From positions 34,906,001 to 34,970,000 of the forward strand of contig JBHGNT010000001.1 of the NCBI GenBank assembly GCA_043228905.1: 64,000 nucleotides of DNA. Reading direction: 5' to 3'. The notes beneath the pieces are model-generated. The model did not search any database. It saw only the letters and a program-made list of their open reading frames with translations, and was not told the DNA's origin. Below are positions 38,801 through 52,530 of the stretch, one piece after another. The DNA is from Azolla caroliniana (taxonomy: Eukaryota > Plantae > Polypodiophyta). The first letter of the stretch is position 1; every line of letters begins with the position of its first letter. The position numbers were made by a program, and so were the translations under genes.

Positions 38801-41189
38801 AGTGAATGCTGAGACCTTTATTAAAAAAGCATCTTTCCTTGTAAATAATGGCAAAGATGAGGGCCTGAATCTTCAATATAAGGTGCTCGAATAAAATTGG
38901 TTTTTTACTATACCTAACTTCTTTGAATTCTACACTGCTTTCTTACCATCACCTTATTTTATTTCAGGTATGCTATGCTCGTGTTTTGGATCTGAAAAGG
39001 AAGTTTCTGGAGGCCGCATTGCGATATTATGAACTATCACAAATCGAGAAACGGGAATTTGAAGGAAGGCATGGACAAATTGTTTTCTGGTGTTTGATCT
39101 TGTTTTTGTTTCTTCTTTTTTCAATTTCTTCTCTGTAGCCTTATAGAAGTTTTCTCAAAATTTAGAGGTTGTCCTGTACATTTTGTCTGTTAAAGTTGAT
39201 TGCATGTGTGTAATGCAAGCAGACAAGTGGATGAAGAAGAGTTGCAACAAGCACTTACAGCAGCAGTCACATGTACAATTCTTGCTGCAGCTGGTCCACA
39301 GAGATCGAGAGTCCTAGCCACATTGTATAAGGTTGTTATTGGATGTTATATTTTTCATGCTGATGTGCCTCTCTCATATTTTGGTTATTTTGGATTCTTT
39401 ATTTCCTATTAATATGCAGGATGAGAGATGCTCCAAACTAAAGATTTACCCAATTCTGCAAAAGGTAGATGGCCTTAAATGGCTTCTGAATGTTATTGAT
39501 TAGCATTCTGTTCTTAAAAATATATGATGAAAGCAGGTTTATTTAGAACGTATTTTGCGTAAACCTGAAGTGGATGCATTTGCTGAAGAGCTCAAGCCTC
39601 ATCAGGTAAGACATCCAATTGTATTGTGAAAGTATTCATTCTTTCTTCACTGCCTACTAACTTTTTATATATCTTCTCGCCAGAAAGCTTTATTGCCAGA
39701 TAATTCAACTGTGCTAGATCGAGCTATGATTGAGCACAACCTCCTTAGTGCAAGCAAGTTGTATACAAACATAAGGCGACCTATCCAATCCTCTAAGATC
39801 TTGTGTATAAATGTTTTCACTTTCAGTAGGCAAAATAGGTCTCATGGTTTTCATGTTCCACTGGTTTACAGTTTTGAAGAATTGGGTGCGTTGCTTGGCA
39901 TTGGAGCATCAAAGGTGAATATGTGTGTTCCCATTTTATAAAAATGAGTAGTGTTGGTGTTCTCTATTTTTTATACACGTTTTAGGTCAAATTACATAGT
40001 GAAATATTCACATTGTGATAATTGATATCTGCGATGATGCATGATGATCAATTAAGAGTTATAACCATCCATATGCAGGTACAGTTGTTTCCGGTTGTTA
40101 TTTCCAAGTAAAACCTGTATGAAATATTAGTGGACTCTGCTGAGAATGTTGTAGGGATAACCCTAAACGGGGCTTATTTAGTATTTGTGGTCCATTAGAA
40201 ACTTGTTATATACTAGTGTTGCTAATAACAAATTGTTATCACCTTGCATTAGGCTGAAAAGATAGCTGCAAGGATGATATCAGAAGATCGGATGAAGGGA
40301 TCTATTGATCAGGTATATCTTTGAAGTCTTAGATATGTTTTCAAATAATTTGTATAGTGTCCTTGTAGATGTAAAGTGCTGGTGCAGAAAAGTGAGACTA
40401 TTTTAGTTCTAGAATGTTAACCAAAATTGGAAGGCTGAAATGCTTCTTTCTATTATTGGCTTGCAGCACAAGCAATCCACAAATTAAGCTGAAGATTTGT
40501 GCATGATATGTTAGGATCAATAGTTTAAAACCTATTTTTCAATTGCGTAATGAAATAGTTAATCTTTTAGAAATGCATGTCCTCTCACGATGTTTTAAAA
40601 AGAGAGAATGGGCCAAATTTAGATTTAATAGAACTAGAGAGTCCCTTCATTTTGCTAGTGCTGTAGTGATGGCTCAGGTAGAGGGAAGTAGTCTGTATTT
40701 TTAATTGCATGTTGTCTTGTGAGTAATATTTATTGACATATTTGTTTTCTTTTGAAGGTAGAAGGTGTGATTCACTTTGGAACTGATATTGAGGAGCTGC
40801 AGCAGTGGGATCAGCAGGTTTGTGCCCTTCTTTAAAGTGTGTTTGGCAAAGCACCATACATGCTTTTTGTATTTTGTTAAATGCACAGTTTTTGCTTAAT
40901 TAATCTGAAAAATGCATGAATCAAGCACATATTAACTGTGTAACATGCTATCAAATAATCAAGATTTAGGCACTAATTAAATAGTGTGATGTCAAATAAT
41001 GAAAATATACCTGATGAAGTAATTTGCTGCTAATTAATAAATTGATTGAGTGAAATGTGCCACATTTTGGAAATGGATGCTTTATAGCTCAATGTCTATT
41101 TTTTTTGGATACAGATAGTTGGTATTTGCCAAGCTCTAAATGATGTTCTGGACAGCATGGCTAAGAAAGGTCTTCCAGTAGCTGTATAG
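35877..41189 (+). CDS. CSN4: COP9 signalosome subunit 4 (PCI domain), ~401 aa
   Basis: 14 exons: 35877-36018, 36568-36719, 38002-38105, 38223-38283, 38790-38882, 38968-39068, 39223-39331, 39420-39464, 39537-39605, 39684-39775, 39872-39914, 40253-40312, 40758-40817, 41115-41189. Motifs [68 protein letters not shown]. Confidence 0.97.
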
Positions 41190-41902
41190 TAGCATCAGAT
41201 ATACTTCTTTTGCATGAAAGCAAAGATTATATTAAGAGATGTGAAATCAAAGGGTGTCCCGTCGTCTTTCAGATTGGACAAAACGTATTCCTTTGTTTTT
41301 GCATGAAATGCTTAGCAAAGAGAACCAGTATTCTGACATGGATGAATCTGTAGTTATCTGGATTTACATTCAAATGAAGAAAATGCATAGCCTGGTGTTT
41401 TCAACCAATGCTATAATGTAACATGGTGAAAAGGTAGTGTAGCTTATGTTTTTAAGCTTTTCGTGTTGATGCTAAATGAATTTGTTGATTGCTTGATGTA
41501 TTTGAGTTCATCGTAGTCTGTAATGATGCCACAAAATGGTTTAGTATTTCCTCTACTGAAAAATATGAATTTATGTTCTTTTCCACAAACATGCAGAGGG
41601 CATAAAAAATAATACTTACTAGTATGTTATATGTGCTATTCCCCCCCCCTCAAACATGCCTGCACAAATGTTTGATGGTCAGTGCCTATGGTTTCAAACG
41701 TGGGGCTAATCATACCCTTTTTTGGCGGTGGTGTTGAAGAGTACAGAGGCCTTGTCCAGAGTGACATCATAGACCACGTGCAACAAATACTGTTTTTGTG
41801 TAGTATTTAACATTTTGGAGTCTTCAAAGGAGTTGCTTTATAATCTCCATTGTTGAAGGTATTGTTTCCCATATTCAGAAGACTTTTCGACTCTTGATGT
41901 AG

Positions 41903-42125
41903 GTTCATTATCATGTCACCTTGGTATTATTATGAGAAAGAGCACAAAGGCAAGGACATTTGTAAATTGACCTATAAACTACATCTCAGTTCATTATCAC
42001 GTCACCTTGCTGTTATGAGAAAGCACAAATGCATGCACATTGCTAAATTAACCTCTGGAACACATCTGTTCATTATCATGTCACTTTGCTGTCAAGAGAA
42101 AGGTCAAAAGCATGCATGTGCACTA
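41903..42125. repeat. Three tandem copies of a ~80-bp unit
   Basis: gttcattatca(t/c)gtcac(c/t)ttg...gagaaag at 41903, 41989 and 42069. Confidence 0.8.
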
Positions 42126-42523
42126 TAGATTTCGTTATGAGTACCCTGAGTATGTAATGTTCAACAATTGAATTTAAGTCCTGACAAAAGAGTGCAAATA
42201 GTTCACAGTGAATGAATGATAAAACTGGAGATTCAGTTCTTTTTATATTCTCAGCTTGCAATGAATGATTGGGATCATTTCTACTTCCAACCACAGGGCA
42301 TTGATATGTGCATGCTGTCGGGTGCCTACAAATGCATGTGGTAGCTAAGAGGAACATAGCATCCATGGTAGCTACGGCACACCTACTCAATGCACGTCTA
42401 ATATTAGTTGCAAGCACTAATGGATTTCACTCAAATTTTCTCACCATAAATTACTGCAAGAAAATCATGGACTCCCTTTATAAAAGTATTGTCTTCTCTT
42501 CATAAATTATTCAAGTAAGAAAA

Positions 42524-42950
42524 GATTGGCTTGGGAACCAAGGCTTACATCTTTTATAGGTCTCCTATACATCTTTTATAGGTCGGCCAGACAAGTTAGC
42601 CAGTTCAGTCCTGGACATGAAATGGGATATAAGACAACATATGGAATATGGTCCATATAAGCAGCTCGTTTACTTTAGATGACGATTAGGTCAGAGAGAC
42701 CTCAAGTCATTGTCTGAACTACATAACATTACCTTTGACAGGGAGGCTAATGGGCCTACAGCTTGTTGTCAATGGAAACTGCATAGGCGACCATCAAATA
42801 AGAAAATATTGGCTGAGGAACCAAGGCTGCACATCTTTTATGGGTGTCCTTGACAGTTTGTAGACGACTTGAGGCATATGGGCCGCTCAATGGTCGGCCC
42901 AACCAGTTAGCCAGTTAAGTCCTGGACATGAATATGAGATAAAAGACAAC
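42524..42950. repeat. Dispersed direct repeat pair (~110-140 bp)
   Basis: attggct..ggaaccaaggct..acatctttta...agttagccagtt.agtcctggacatgaa at ~42525 and ~42808. Confidence 0.75.
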
Positions 42951-43558
42951 TGTTGAGAATTTGGGGATCAAACTCTTCTCCCTCCATTTCTATTATCAAT
43001 ACACAAATTGGAGTGCAAGACATGCACATTTTCTTGATCCTGCAATGTCATAAGAAACATTGATTGTCAAGGCTCATATCCTTAATAGGTTTTCTTCAGG
43101 GAGGATGAGGATGACTCAAGGCATCTGAATACCAACATGAGATATGAGACGACAGTCGGGAGGTCAATGTTCATTTTCTTCTTACCACATTTCCATTGTC
43201 TCTACACATTTGAAGCATGAGATTCTCATTGGCTTGACTCTACACTCCCATGAGTCCTTTTTCATGTCAGTGTCGCTGTGCATGAAATTCCTCATTGTTA
43301 TTTCAATATTTGGACACAATTTCGTCGATCATTTCCTCTTTTGCCATATGGTTCAATAGTACTATACAGGAAGAACATGATCTTCTTCATGGAGCCAAGT
43401 TCATGATTTTGCATCTTTTGTGGGGCTACTTCATGTCATTGCACATCATCATCGTATTTGTCTTCCTTGTAATACTGGGCTTACCCTTCTATTAGAACAG
43501 TCTGAACATTATTCCATTAAATTGCGATTACCAAGTCAAAACTTGCAAACATGAGTAT

Positions 43559-46500
43559 CTACGGTAAGTATTTATTGTTCATATCTTCTTTACAACAGCA
43601 ATCACCATTTTCAAAACGATGTATGCAAAATGTGTCGACAACTATGATTTCACGGAGTTCAGCTTTGGAAATAATTCGGAATGCATTGTGGCAATCAGCA
43701 CACATGCGAAGATTCTTCGACACTCTGATGGTTGTGCCTTCAGGTGTTGAAAGCAGGCCGAATGCAAGAGCCAGTTTCTCAGAATGCCCACATAATAAAT
43801 CTTGATTACTTTTCTCATCTTTTGAATCAAAAGATGAATTCGATTGTGGTTTGTATCCTAACTTTTCTATTTTCTTCATTAGGATGTCAAGCCGTGTATA
43901 TATTTGTTCATGCTGAGAGTGAGCTTTGTCCCCAACTGTAAAACTGTGCACTTGGGTGCCAACTTCAATAAAAGACTTTGCAGGTTTCTTCCATTTGCAT
44001 GTTTTCTTCCTTGCTTCTTCCAGTTGTTTGGCATCCTCATACAAACCAGCTTGTAGATATATGGTCGACATGGGTGTAACATACCCTGCGGCATCTTCGG
44101 GCTCAAGTTTCATAAGGTGATTAAAGCATCGCCTTCCCAAATGCACATTTCCATGCTTTCTACATGAGCTTAGTAGAGATGTCCACCCTATAACATTTGA
44201 TGGTAATGAAAGTGACTCAAGCAAGTCCTCTGCCTCAGTCAGCCTTCCCACATGCCCAAGAAGATAAACCATAGTATTATAATGCTCTAAGATTGGCATA
44301 ATGCCATGTTGATCCATCATTGAGTTGAAAAAGGAACGTGCTTCATCAAGTAACCCAGCATGACTACATGCTGAAAGAAGACATATGAAGGTCACAGCAT
44401 CTGGTTTTAACCCTGTTCTCAGCAAACACTCATAACATTGGAACGTCTGTTGATAATTGCACTGTAATGCATACCCTTTCATTAAAGAACTCCATCCTAG
44501 AATGTCACAAGTAGTAATTACTTGCAAAACAAGATGTGCATCTTCAAGGTCTCCACATTTCACATACATATCTATGAGTGCATTTCCCAGCAATGGATCA
44601 ATATGGAATCCATGATCGATAAGTTGAGAATGAACTTGCCTTCCCTGTTCCAGGGCTGATATACTTGAGCATGCTTTTAACACACAGATGAAGGTGATCT
44701 GATTAGGTTCAATATTCTGCTGCCTCATCTGCTTAAATATTTGGAGGGCCTCTATTCCACATTCATGTTGAGTATAACCAGAAATCAAGGTTGTCCATGC
44801 TAGAACATCCCTCGATGACAACTTGTTGAATTCAATCAGTGCATCCTCAAGGGTTCTACACTTACAATACATATCAACTAAAACAGTGCTACTATTTACA
44901 CCTAGGGAAAATCCTTGTTCTATCAAGTCAGCATGAATCCTCTTACCTCGGTCTAAATCTAAAATGCTAGCACATGCTTTCATGACCGCAATAAAAGTGA
45001 CTTCATTTGCTTTGATTCTGGCTTGTTGCATCTTTTCAAAGGCAGCTAATGCTTCCCAACCATGCCCATGTTGGGTATATCCTGTGATTAACGAGGTCCA
45101 AGAAACTAAGTCTCTCTCCGGCAATCTGTTGAAGATCGTAGATGCATCACAAAGGCTTCCACAATTCACATACATATCAATTAAACAGTTTCCCAGAAAT
45201 AAGTCAGATTCAAATCCACATTCAATCACTTTGGCATGAATCTGCCTTCCATTTTCTAACAATGCTGGTTCAATACATGCTCTTAAGATGCATGAGAAGA
45301 TGATTTCATTCGGTTTTATACCTTCCTTTTTCATTCCTTCAAATAAATAAAAAGCAATTTCAATTGCCTTCTCCTGAACATACCCTGCAAGTAACGCACT
45401 CCATGTCACAACATTCCATCTAGGTAATGTAAAAAATGTTACAGTAGCATCTATGATGCTCCCACATTTTGCATACATATCAATAAGAGAACTACCGAGA
45501 AACAAGTCACTAATTACCCCTCGGTTTATTATATGACTGTGGATTTCCCTTCCCCATTGTAAGGAACCAATACTTGAACATGCACTTAAGACAGCCAGGT
45601 AAGTAACACGATCTGGTTCTACGTTGTACATACCCATTTTCTGAAAATCTTCCAGAGCCTGTATCCAATATCCATACTGAACGTAAGCTGAGATTATAAT
45701 ATTCCATGTAACAATGTCTTGCTTCAATAATCTATTAAACATAACTTGTGCATCTACGAGATTTCCACATTTGGCATACATACAAACAAGAGTATTGCCA
45801 ACATAATCTATGGTTTCAAAATCACATTCTACTATGCTGACATGTATCTGTTTCCCCTGCTCCAGATCTGAGATATTTGCACATGCTTTAAGAAGAGATA
45901 CATAAGTTATGTGGTTTGGTTCCACCCTTCTCTCCTTCATTTTCTTGAATAACATATAAGCATGCTTGGCATTACCATGGTGAGCATAACCTGTAATCAA
46001 AGTATTCCACATAATAATATTGGTTCTAATGAAGTTATTAAAAACCATGTGTGCACTATCATAACACCCAAACTTCATATAAATTTCAATGAGGCTACTC
46101 CCAACATACATGTCAAATTCAAGAGCAGCTTCAATAATGTCTGCATGAATCTCATATGCTACCTCAACTTTCATGCAGGATTTTACCATGGCTACAAAGA
46201 CATGACTATCCAGAAGAATGTCATTATTGCGCATTTGCTTATATAATTGAAGGGCCTCATTGTTTTCTCCAAGTTTGGTGTGAGCTACAACAATAGCACT
46301 GCACGCAAAGGCACTTGGTTCATGTAACCTTGTGAAAACTTGGTTTGCCTCAGCTAAACTCCCAATAGAGGCAAACAAGTAGATTAAGTGGGCTGCCAGA
46401 TAAGAGTCCATCTCAAATGCAGCTCGATCGCTCAAGTAACATAAGTCCCTTCCTGCTATAAGATCATTTGTGCCAAGACAACGTTCTCGAAGATGAGCAA

Positions 46501-47666
46501 TTTTCCGATCAAGGGGTCTTATTCTCGTGTCATCTATATGAACTGTGCAATGCGCTTGATCAAGTTTCTCTTTGATACTTATGGAAGTCAGAGTCTGTGA
46601 TGTTATATTAGGATAATCGACATATTCTTGGCTGCAAACATAAACATATACAGTTCAAAAGTAATGCGTTAAGAACCCAATAATTATACCTTACCATCAA
46701 ACAAGTTACCACTGCAATGTTTTAATAGCCATACTTTGGTGTATGTGAAAAAAATGATGTAAGAACTTCATGTACACATTACAGTCACAGTGTGTAAGAA
46801 ACTGCACAAAGGCTAAAATCTTCTACCTAATCTCTTTTCTCTAACTTTCCCCCATTCTCCCATCCCTTTATACACTACAGATAGATTTACTTGCCACTGC
46901 TCAATCACCCCTCTTTGGCATCTCAACCTAGTTTGTGCAAATCAATCATGCCAAACATGATGATTACAAAAAGAATTACTTACAAAAATTCCATACATTG
47001 GACTAGATTCAATCAAAGAATTGGAATTCCATTTGATGTTTAAAAGTCATAGTTGGACTAGATTCAAGAAGCCAAACCTACTGGATGAATAAGGTTAAAA
47101 TTATCACAATTTCACTCCAGTTTTCCATAATTCCCAAGATGTGACTCACATTAACCGAATTATCAAATGCGACAGAAGTATTATTTTCAAAATTTAGCAA
47201 ATGATTACTCTAATTGAGAAAGCAGTTATCGTCAAATAACTGCACTTATTTCATTAGGTTTTTATTAGTAGATAATCATCTTAAATCAACAAGGTTGAAA
47301 CTTTGAAAATTTGTTAACTAGTCATAACTTCTGCTTGATTAGTCTTGTACTTGATGCTATCCAGATCAATTAAAAGACTAATGATGATATTCCTTATTAC
47401 ATGTGATTTTTTCAAAGTTAAGAAAGGCTTAGTTTTGTAGCATATTGAAGATAATTTGTTAAACTTGAATGCCATTTGTGGATGGAAAACAAGAGTTGCA
47501 TTTGGATAATTTGCCCATGAATTAATATGCTAAATCATAGCAATTCCAAAGCTTTAAAACCCCACCTTGAGAGACCCATATGAGATCTTGAGCTTTTATC
47601 TGATGAAACCGCCAAGAATATTTCAGACTGGAGATGGTTGAAGGTTGGCATATTTACAATTGCCAT
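43559..47666 (-). CDS. PLS-class PPR protein with E1-E2-DYW deaminase of the KPAx(A/S) (DYW:KP) type, ~1057 aa
   Basis: Main exon 46631-43559 is open well upstream of the listed ORF start. Probable first coding exon is 47666-47566 (MAIVNMPTF..., phase 2). P-L-S triplets, E1 VIGWTSLL, WKKPAKSFIEV in place of the PG box, CGHSEKLALAFG, KNLRMCADCH and HRFENGDCCC. Confidence 0.93.
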
Positions 47667-48104
47667 CGTGACTCAAGAGAATTAGGACCAATCTGCACTC
47701 ATCTGCTACTCTGTTTTTATGCAAGTTTTGTTAGAATCTTTACAGAAAACCGCATATGGCTTTGATTTATGCAAACTTTCTCTCGTTACAAATAATGACA
47801 TACATTACTATAAAAAACCACACAAATGGAAATTCTGATCAAAATTTTAAATTTCTTTTATATGCAGATACATGCTTCAGTGTAAGAAAACATAAGAACC
47901 TTGCCCTTGTGGCAAGGAAAAAATTAAAAAGCATAAAAATATACTATCTTGAAAATCATAAATCAGAGAACCTAGATCGCTTACATGCGAGAATGTAAAG
48001 AATGCATGCATTTGACAGTAAAACAATCCTGCAAACTTATAACAAGTCTGTTTGTTGAATATAACAATAGATGTGGACATGGAAAGGCCAGTATATCCAA
48101 CATA

Positions 48105-48225
48105 AAAACCGAATAAACCCAAGCCCAAAAACCTAAAAACCTAAAATATAAAAATCATAAAACCATAAAAGCTTAAACCCAAAAAACCGAAACCATAAAA
48201 ACTCTAAATCCTAAACCCTAAAACA
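48105..48225. repeat. Degenerate telomere-like (AAACCCT/AAACCAT) tract
   Basis: aaacctaaaaacctaaa...taaaccc...aaaccataaa...ctaaaccctaaa, lying in the probable 5'-UTR intron of the PPR-DYW gene. Confidence 0.65.
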
Positions 48226-48899
48226 CAGAAAACACTACGCTTACTTGACTTCGGTTGAAAGCTAAAACTGCAGCCATTGCATGGCTAATCGACGTCCTAC
48301 ATTCATCTTTGGCCGAGAAGAAGTCCTCATAAGCTTTATCTTCTTCTTCTCTCGCGTTTGGCTGACAAAAAGTTCCACCCAAGTCAAAGCAAAACTCTCT
48401 CTCTCTCTCTCTCTCTTTCTCGTTAGACTACTACTAACCTTGGGTTCAAAAGGTGTCTTTATTTTCTCTCTTTTGTATTTCTACTATAATTAGCTTACTA
48501 GCGCGACGTCTAGGGTTCGAAACCCAAATTTCTCACTTCTCTATTACTTCAAACATATCTCTTGATGCCACCGTGGAATGTAGGGGCTGAACCCATGGCC
48601 TCCATGCCTCCATTGGGCTCTCTCTTGTCCCTTAGATAAGTGATAAGTTTAATAGTGTATTGCAACATCGTATGCCTCATGGTTGGATTACAAATTGAAC
48701 CAAGCAAGTGTTTACGTAAACAGAGAAACATTAATAATGTAAACAATGATTAGACAAACATGGTCGCTCCTCCTATGGCAAAGTTATTTGGATATATGGT
48801 TATGGATGTTGAAGTTAAGGGCATATAGGTTGAAAATAATCAAAGAAGGTTTACATTCAATTTGATATTTGAAAACACAATTGATCACTTTTTCACTCT

Positions 48900-51300
48900 T
48901 TTGGCGTTAATAGAGGAAAGTTGTTTGCTTCATGAGTCATGGATTTTGAGAAACCTCTTGAGATGGTGGCTCACGCACATCTTTTGAGATGCATTAAAGA
49001 ACTTGAGTTGTTGATTGAAAATATGCATGCAATTTCTCAAACCTATTAGAAGGTGATGTGCTCTTTGCAAATGGGATGTGGAAATTTAGATTTTTTCACA
49101 AGCACTGTTAATGTTGAGCAAGATGAAGTAATGAATTCGTACAAATGGTGGACGAGTTTCTAAGCATGAAAGCATTGAGTAAGTTACCATATATGTACAG
49201 ATGATGTGCGTTGATGACCTTGCACAGTCATCACTATGAATTTCAACTATATACTCTAGATTAGCTTAATGAGAATTTTCTTGATCTTCGTGCTCTATAA
49301 AATAGCCACTAATGAAGATTATTGAGGTTCGTGCTCAACATTTAAGTTATTGTCCATATTCCTCTCTCAATTTTTTTCTAGGATCAATTTGTTTGCTTTG
49401 AGCAATTGGATTTATCAATAGATCTCCAATATATTTATTGTTTAATACTAATAGCCCAGACGATTTTATTGATCATCAGTTGGTATGGATGTTGGAACTT
49501 TGAGCACAAGTTCACTTAGAGGTTGGAAGAATAACCTTCAATTGGGCAATTCAAACATAATCAATCTACATAGATTTATTTGTAAAAAGGGTTGATTTTC
49601 ATGCGATAAAGACTAAGATCCAATAACGTATTATTGGGTTTATCCTTTGTTTTATGATATAAAAACACTATAAATAAGTATTATTGGGTTTATCCTTTGT
49701 TGTATAATATAAAAGCACTATTCTTCATCCATTGATTTGATCAACCATTCTGTCACCGTTAGATTAAACGATGTTTCATACTTTATTCAATGTACATAAG
49801 TTCCTTCACATTCTCTTCTTTCTTCAACGTTTATTCAAGTATTTGTGTTCTTTGTTATATTGTTGCATGATTGATCCAATAATTCAATGTTATGATGTGA
49901 ATTAATCTCTTCTTATGAACGACACTCGGTCAATTCGATATTAAATGATTTTGAAGATGTTTTCTATATGGAACTACTATCTAATGTGCATCCCAATTGT
50001 AAAGTTAACCACAAATGTGGTCTCACACTAAGTATTGCTCCTATGAGCACCCCATCATATTGATTTAATTGACTTGAAGAGGATGAGATTGCAATCTAGG
50101 TTAAGGATGAGTCAAATTCATCATAGGAAATCTTCTTAGTTTGTGCAAGTTATACTAGTCAAGACAAAGGAAGAAACATGGCAAAAGTGTCTTCATAACT
50201 GATGTCATCTCAATAAAGTGACCATTGACCATTAAGAAAATGTATACGTGGTCATGTGCTATTGACTTAATTGATTGTATGTAAGATGGACAACACTTCA
50301 CCAAGTTTGATTTACGAATTGGTTACCCTCACATCACATAAGAATTGTTGGGGAGGATATCACTAAAACAATATTATGTACACGCTATGACCATTATGAA
50401 TTATTAGTCATGCCATTTGGGTTTACTGATGTTACAATCACCTTTTAGCAAGAAATGAATTACATTTCTAGGAATCAATTGGACCACTTTTTCTTTGTTT
50501 TCTTAGATGATATTCTTGTTTTTGTACTTTAGATGAGCATCACAAGTATGTCCGTTCTATTATATAAACATTGAGAGGGAAACATTTTATGCCAAAATTT
50601 AGAAATAAAAGCTTTTTGAAAAGATCAATTACCAAACTCGAGGACACTTCATATTAAAGGGCATTTATTTAGGCTTTCAATTACCGAACGAACGAGGTGT
50701 TTAGAATGGGGGAAAGTGAAACTCTAGCCAATTCCTCCTAATATTTGAAAATTTATTTCATTCCTTGGTTTGTAGAAAACACTTCTTAACTTTTCACATT
50801 TTATTTTGCCTTTGACTAATATTTAGAAGGGTCGAATGCATGCTTCAGCTAAATCAATTCCATGATATACCATCAACTAGGCATGGTAAAATATATTGAA
50901 CACTCATTGTAATCTCTATAAACCTTTTCTTAACTAAATTACATCATGACGAACAAAATTATCTTTGTGTGTAGTACCTTCAAATTCGAAAATATATCTA
51001 GGAGTAAGTGTGTTAAATTAGCCTTTCATTAGCATGGACCTTTCATCATCCTAAAGCATATTGATTAATCTGCTTATGATCGTGTTCTTCTTGGTGGTGT
51101 TGATATCATTTCATCTTGTTTTTTAGGTTAATCATCTAAAAGAACTTCATGATTTTGACAACAATAGTAAAACCATAGAAGATCTAGTAATTCATGAGGA
51201 TTTATCTTCTAAGCCTCAATCGTTCAAAAACAATCTCAATACTCGAATTAAATATTTGAGATATGAACAAATTCAAGAATTCAAAATTAATAGTTAGATC
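48900..51300 (+). mobile_element. Highly decayed Ty3/Gypsy LTR-retrotransposon pol remnant
   Basis: RT motifs FTKFDLRIGY (50297), HYELLVMPFGFT (50392) and VFLDDILV (50498). Integrase C-terminal GPF.I...AY remnant near 51035. Possible protease-like DGGSRTSF near 48962. Many stops and frameshifts; boundaries approximate. Confidence 0.8.
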
Positions 51301-52530
51301 AAATTGTGCATAGAACTCGAGACAACATGTGGGAACACATGGTAGTGTGGGGGCTATAGAACTTTCGACAAACCTATAAGGACTTGTTACATGGTCGAGC
51401 TATATAAAGGGGACAAGCCTGAGCCCGTGCTGGCTGGCGATGATTGTCACTAGTTTATAGCGCAAAATACCTACTTACATCAAGTAGAAAGTAAGAGAGG
51501 ATAGGTACGTAGTCTCATATTCTTGAACTAGGCCGGGGGTGATTCCCTGACTTACATACATACTTATATAGTCTTTCTATAAAAATCTCTCCTAACTAAT
51601 GGGAAAGTAGCTCCTGCTTACCCCTTTATTAGATCATCTCTTAGATGTTTTTGAGACACTATTGGTGAGACAAAGCTATTTTTATTCGGGTCCACATTAA
51701 TCTTGACTCCAAGTTACAATATGACTACCATATTTTGTGGTATGGGACACCAATGAGGTTTAGTTTTCTATTGCCCTTCTCTCGAGGTGGTTGGTGTGGT
51801 TATGCACCCTTCAACCATTATTTTCTTTAATCTTCTCAATACTCGCTTAACATTATTATTTGATTGCAATAGTACCTTGTTGCCTTCACAACCCATTATT
51901 GTATACACACTTATACACACATTGAACATTCAACTCATCGAACAAGTTGATGCACTTTTGTAGCTTAGTAATGTCATCAAGGTCATCAAATTAATGTCCT
52001 TTAATAGGAATTGTAGAGATAATTGAGAATTCATTGTATAAATGACACTCCTACTTGTCATTTCATTCAATTTAGTTGATCCAAAGCGAGTGCACCAGGG
52101 ACAAGGGAAACCGGGATTCAATATCGGCATGGCAAACATCTAAGGCATAACCTGGATGAAGTGCTTGCGAAATAGATGCATTCGGTGAAACCCGTGAACT
52201 GCATTTCCACATTTTTATTAATTTTACTACATGGTTTAAGAGATCAATTGCAAACATTGACGCATTTATGTGTGGATGTAGCCTCTATCTAATTATGAAC
52301 GATATTTCAAGTTGTTAGTGTATGCATGTGGGCACTAGTAATAAACTAAAATCATTGTCACGTGTGAGTGTGGACCATAGGCCCAATGACAATTACAGAT
52401 GATACGAGTCATGGTACTCTGATGCATGTGTACTTGGAGTACTCCGACATATGTTGGCCCCGTTACCCCCATCTTATTTAGTAGAGTATGCAATGAGGGG
52501 TGGGTGCCTCACATGAGTGGCGAACACACA

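Noticed and set aside
22188-41189. Two PCI-domain genes (RPN3 and CSN4) 8 kb apart as a functional cluster or tandem duplication
   Set aside because: RPN3 is the paralogue of CSN3 and CSN4 of RPN5. The divergence is ancient and the exon structures are unrelated, so proximity is probably chance unless synteny shows otherwise.
48500-48530. tRNA or SINE suggested by GGGTTCGAAACCC
   Set aside because: No cloverleaf or A-box; only a short hairpin.
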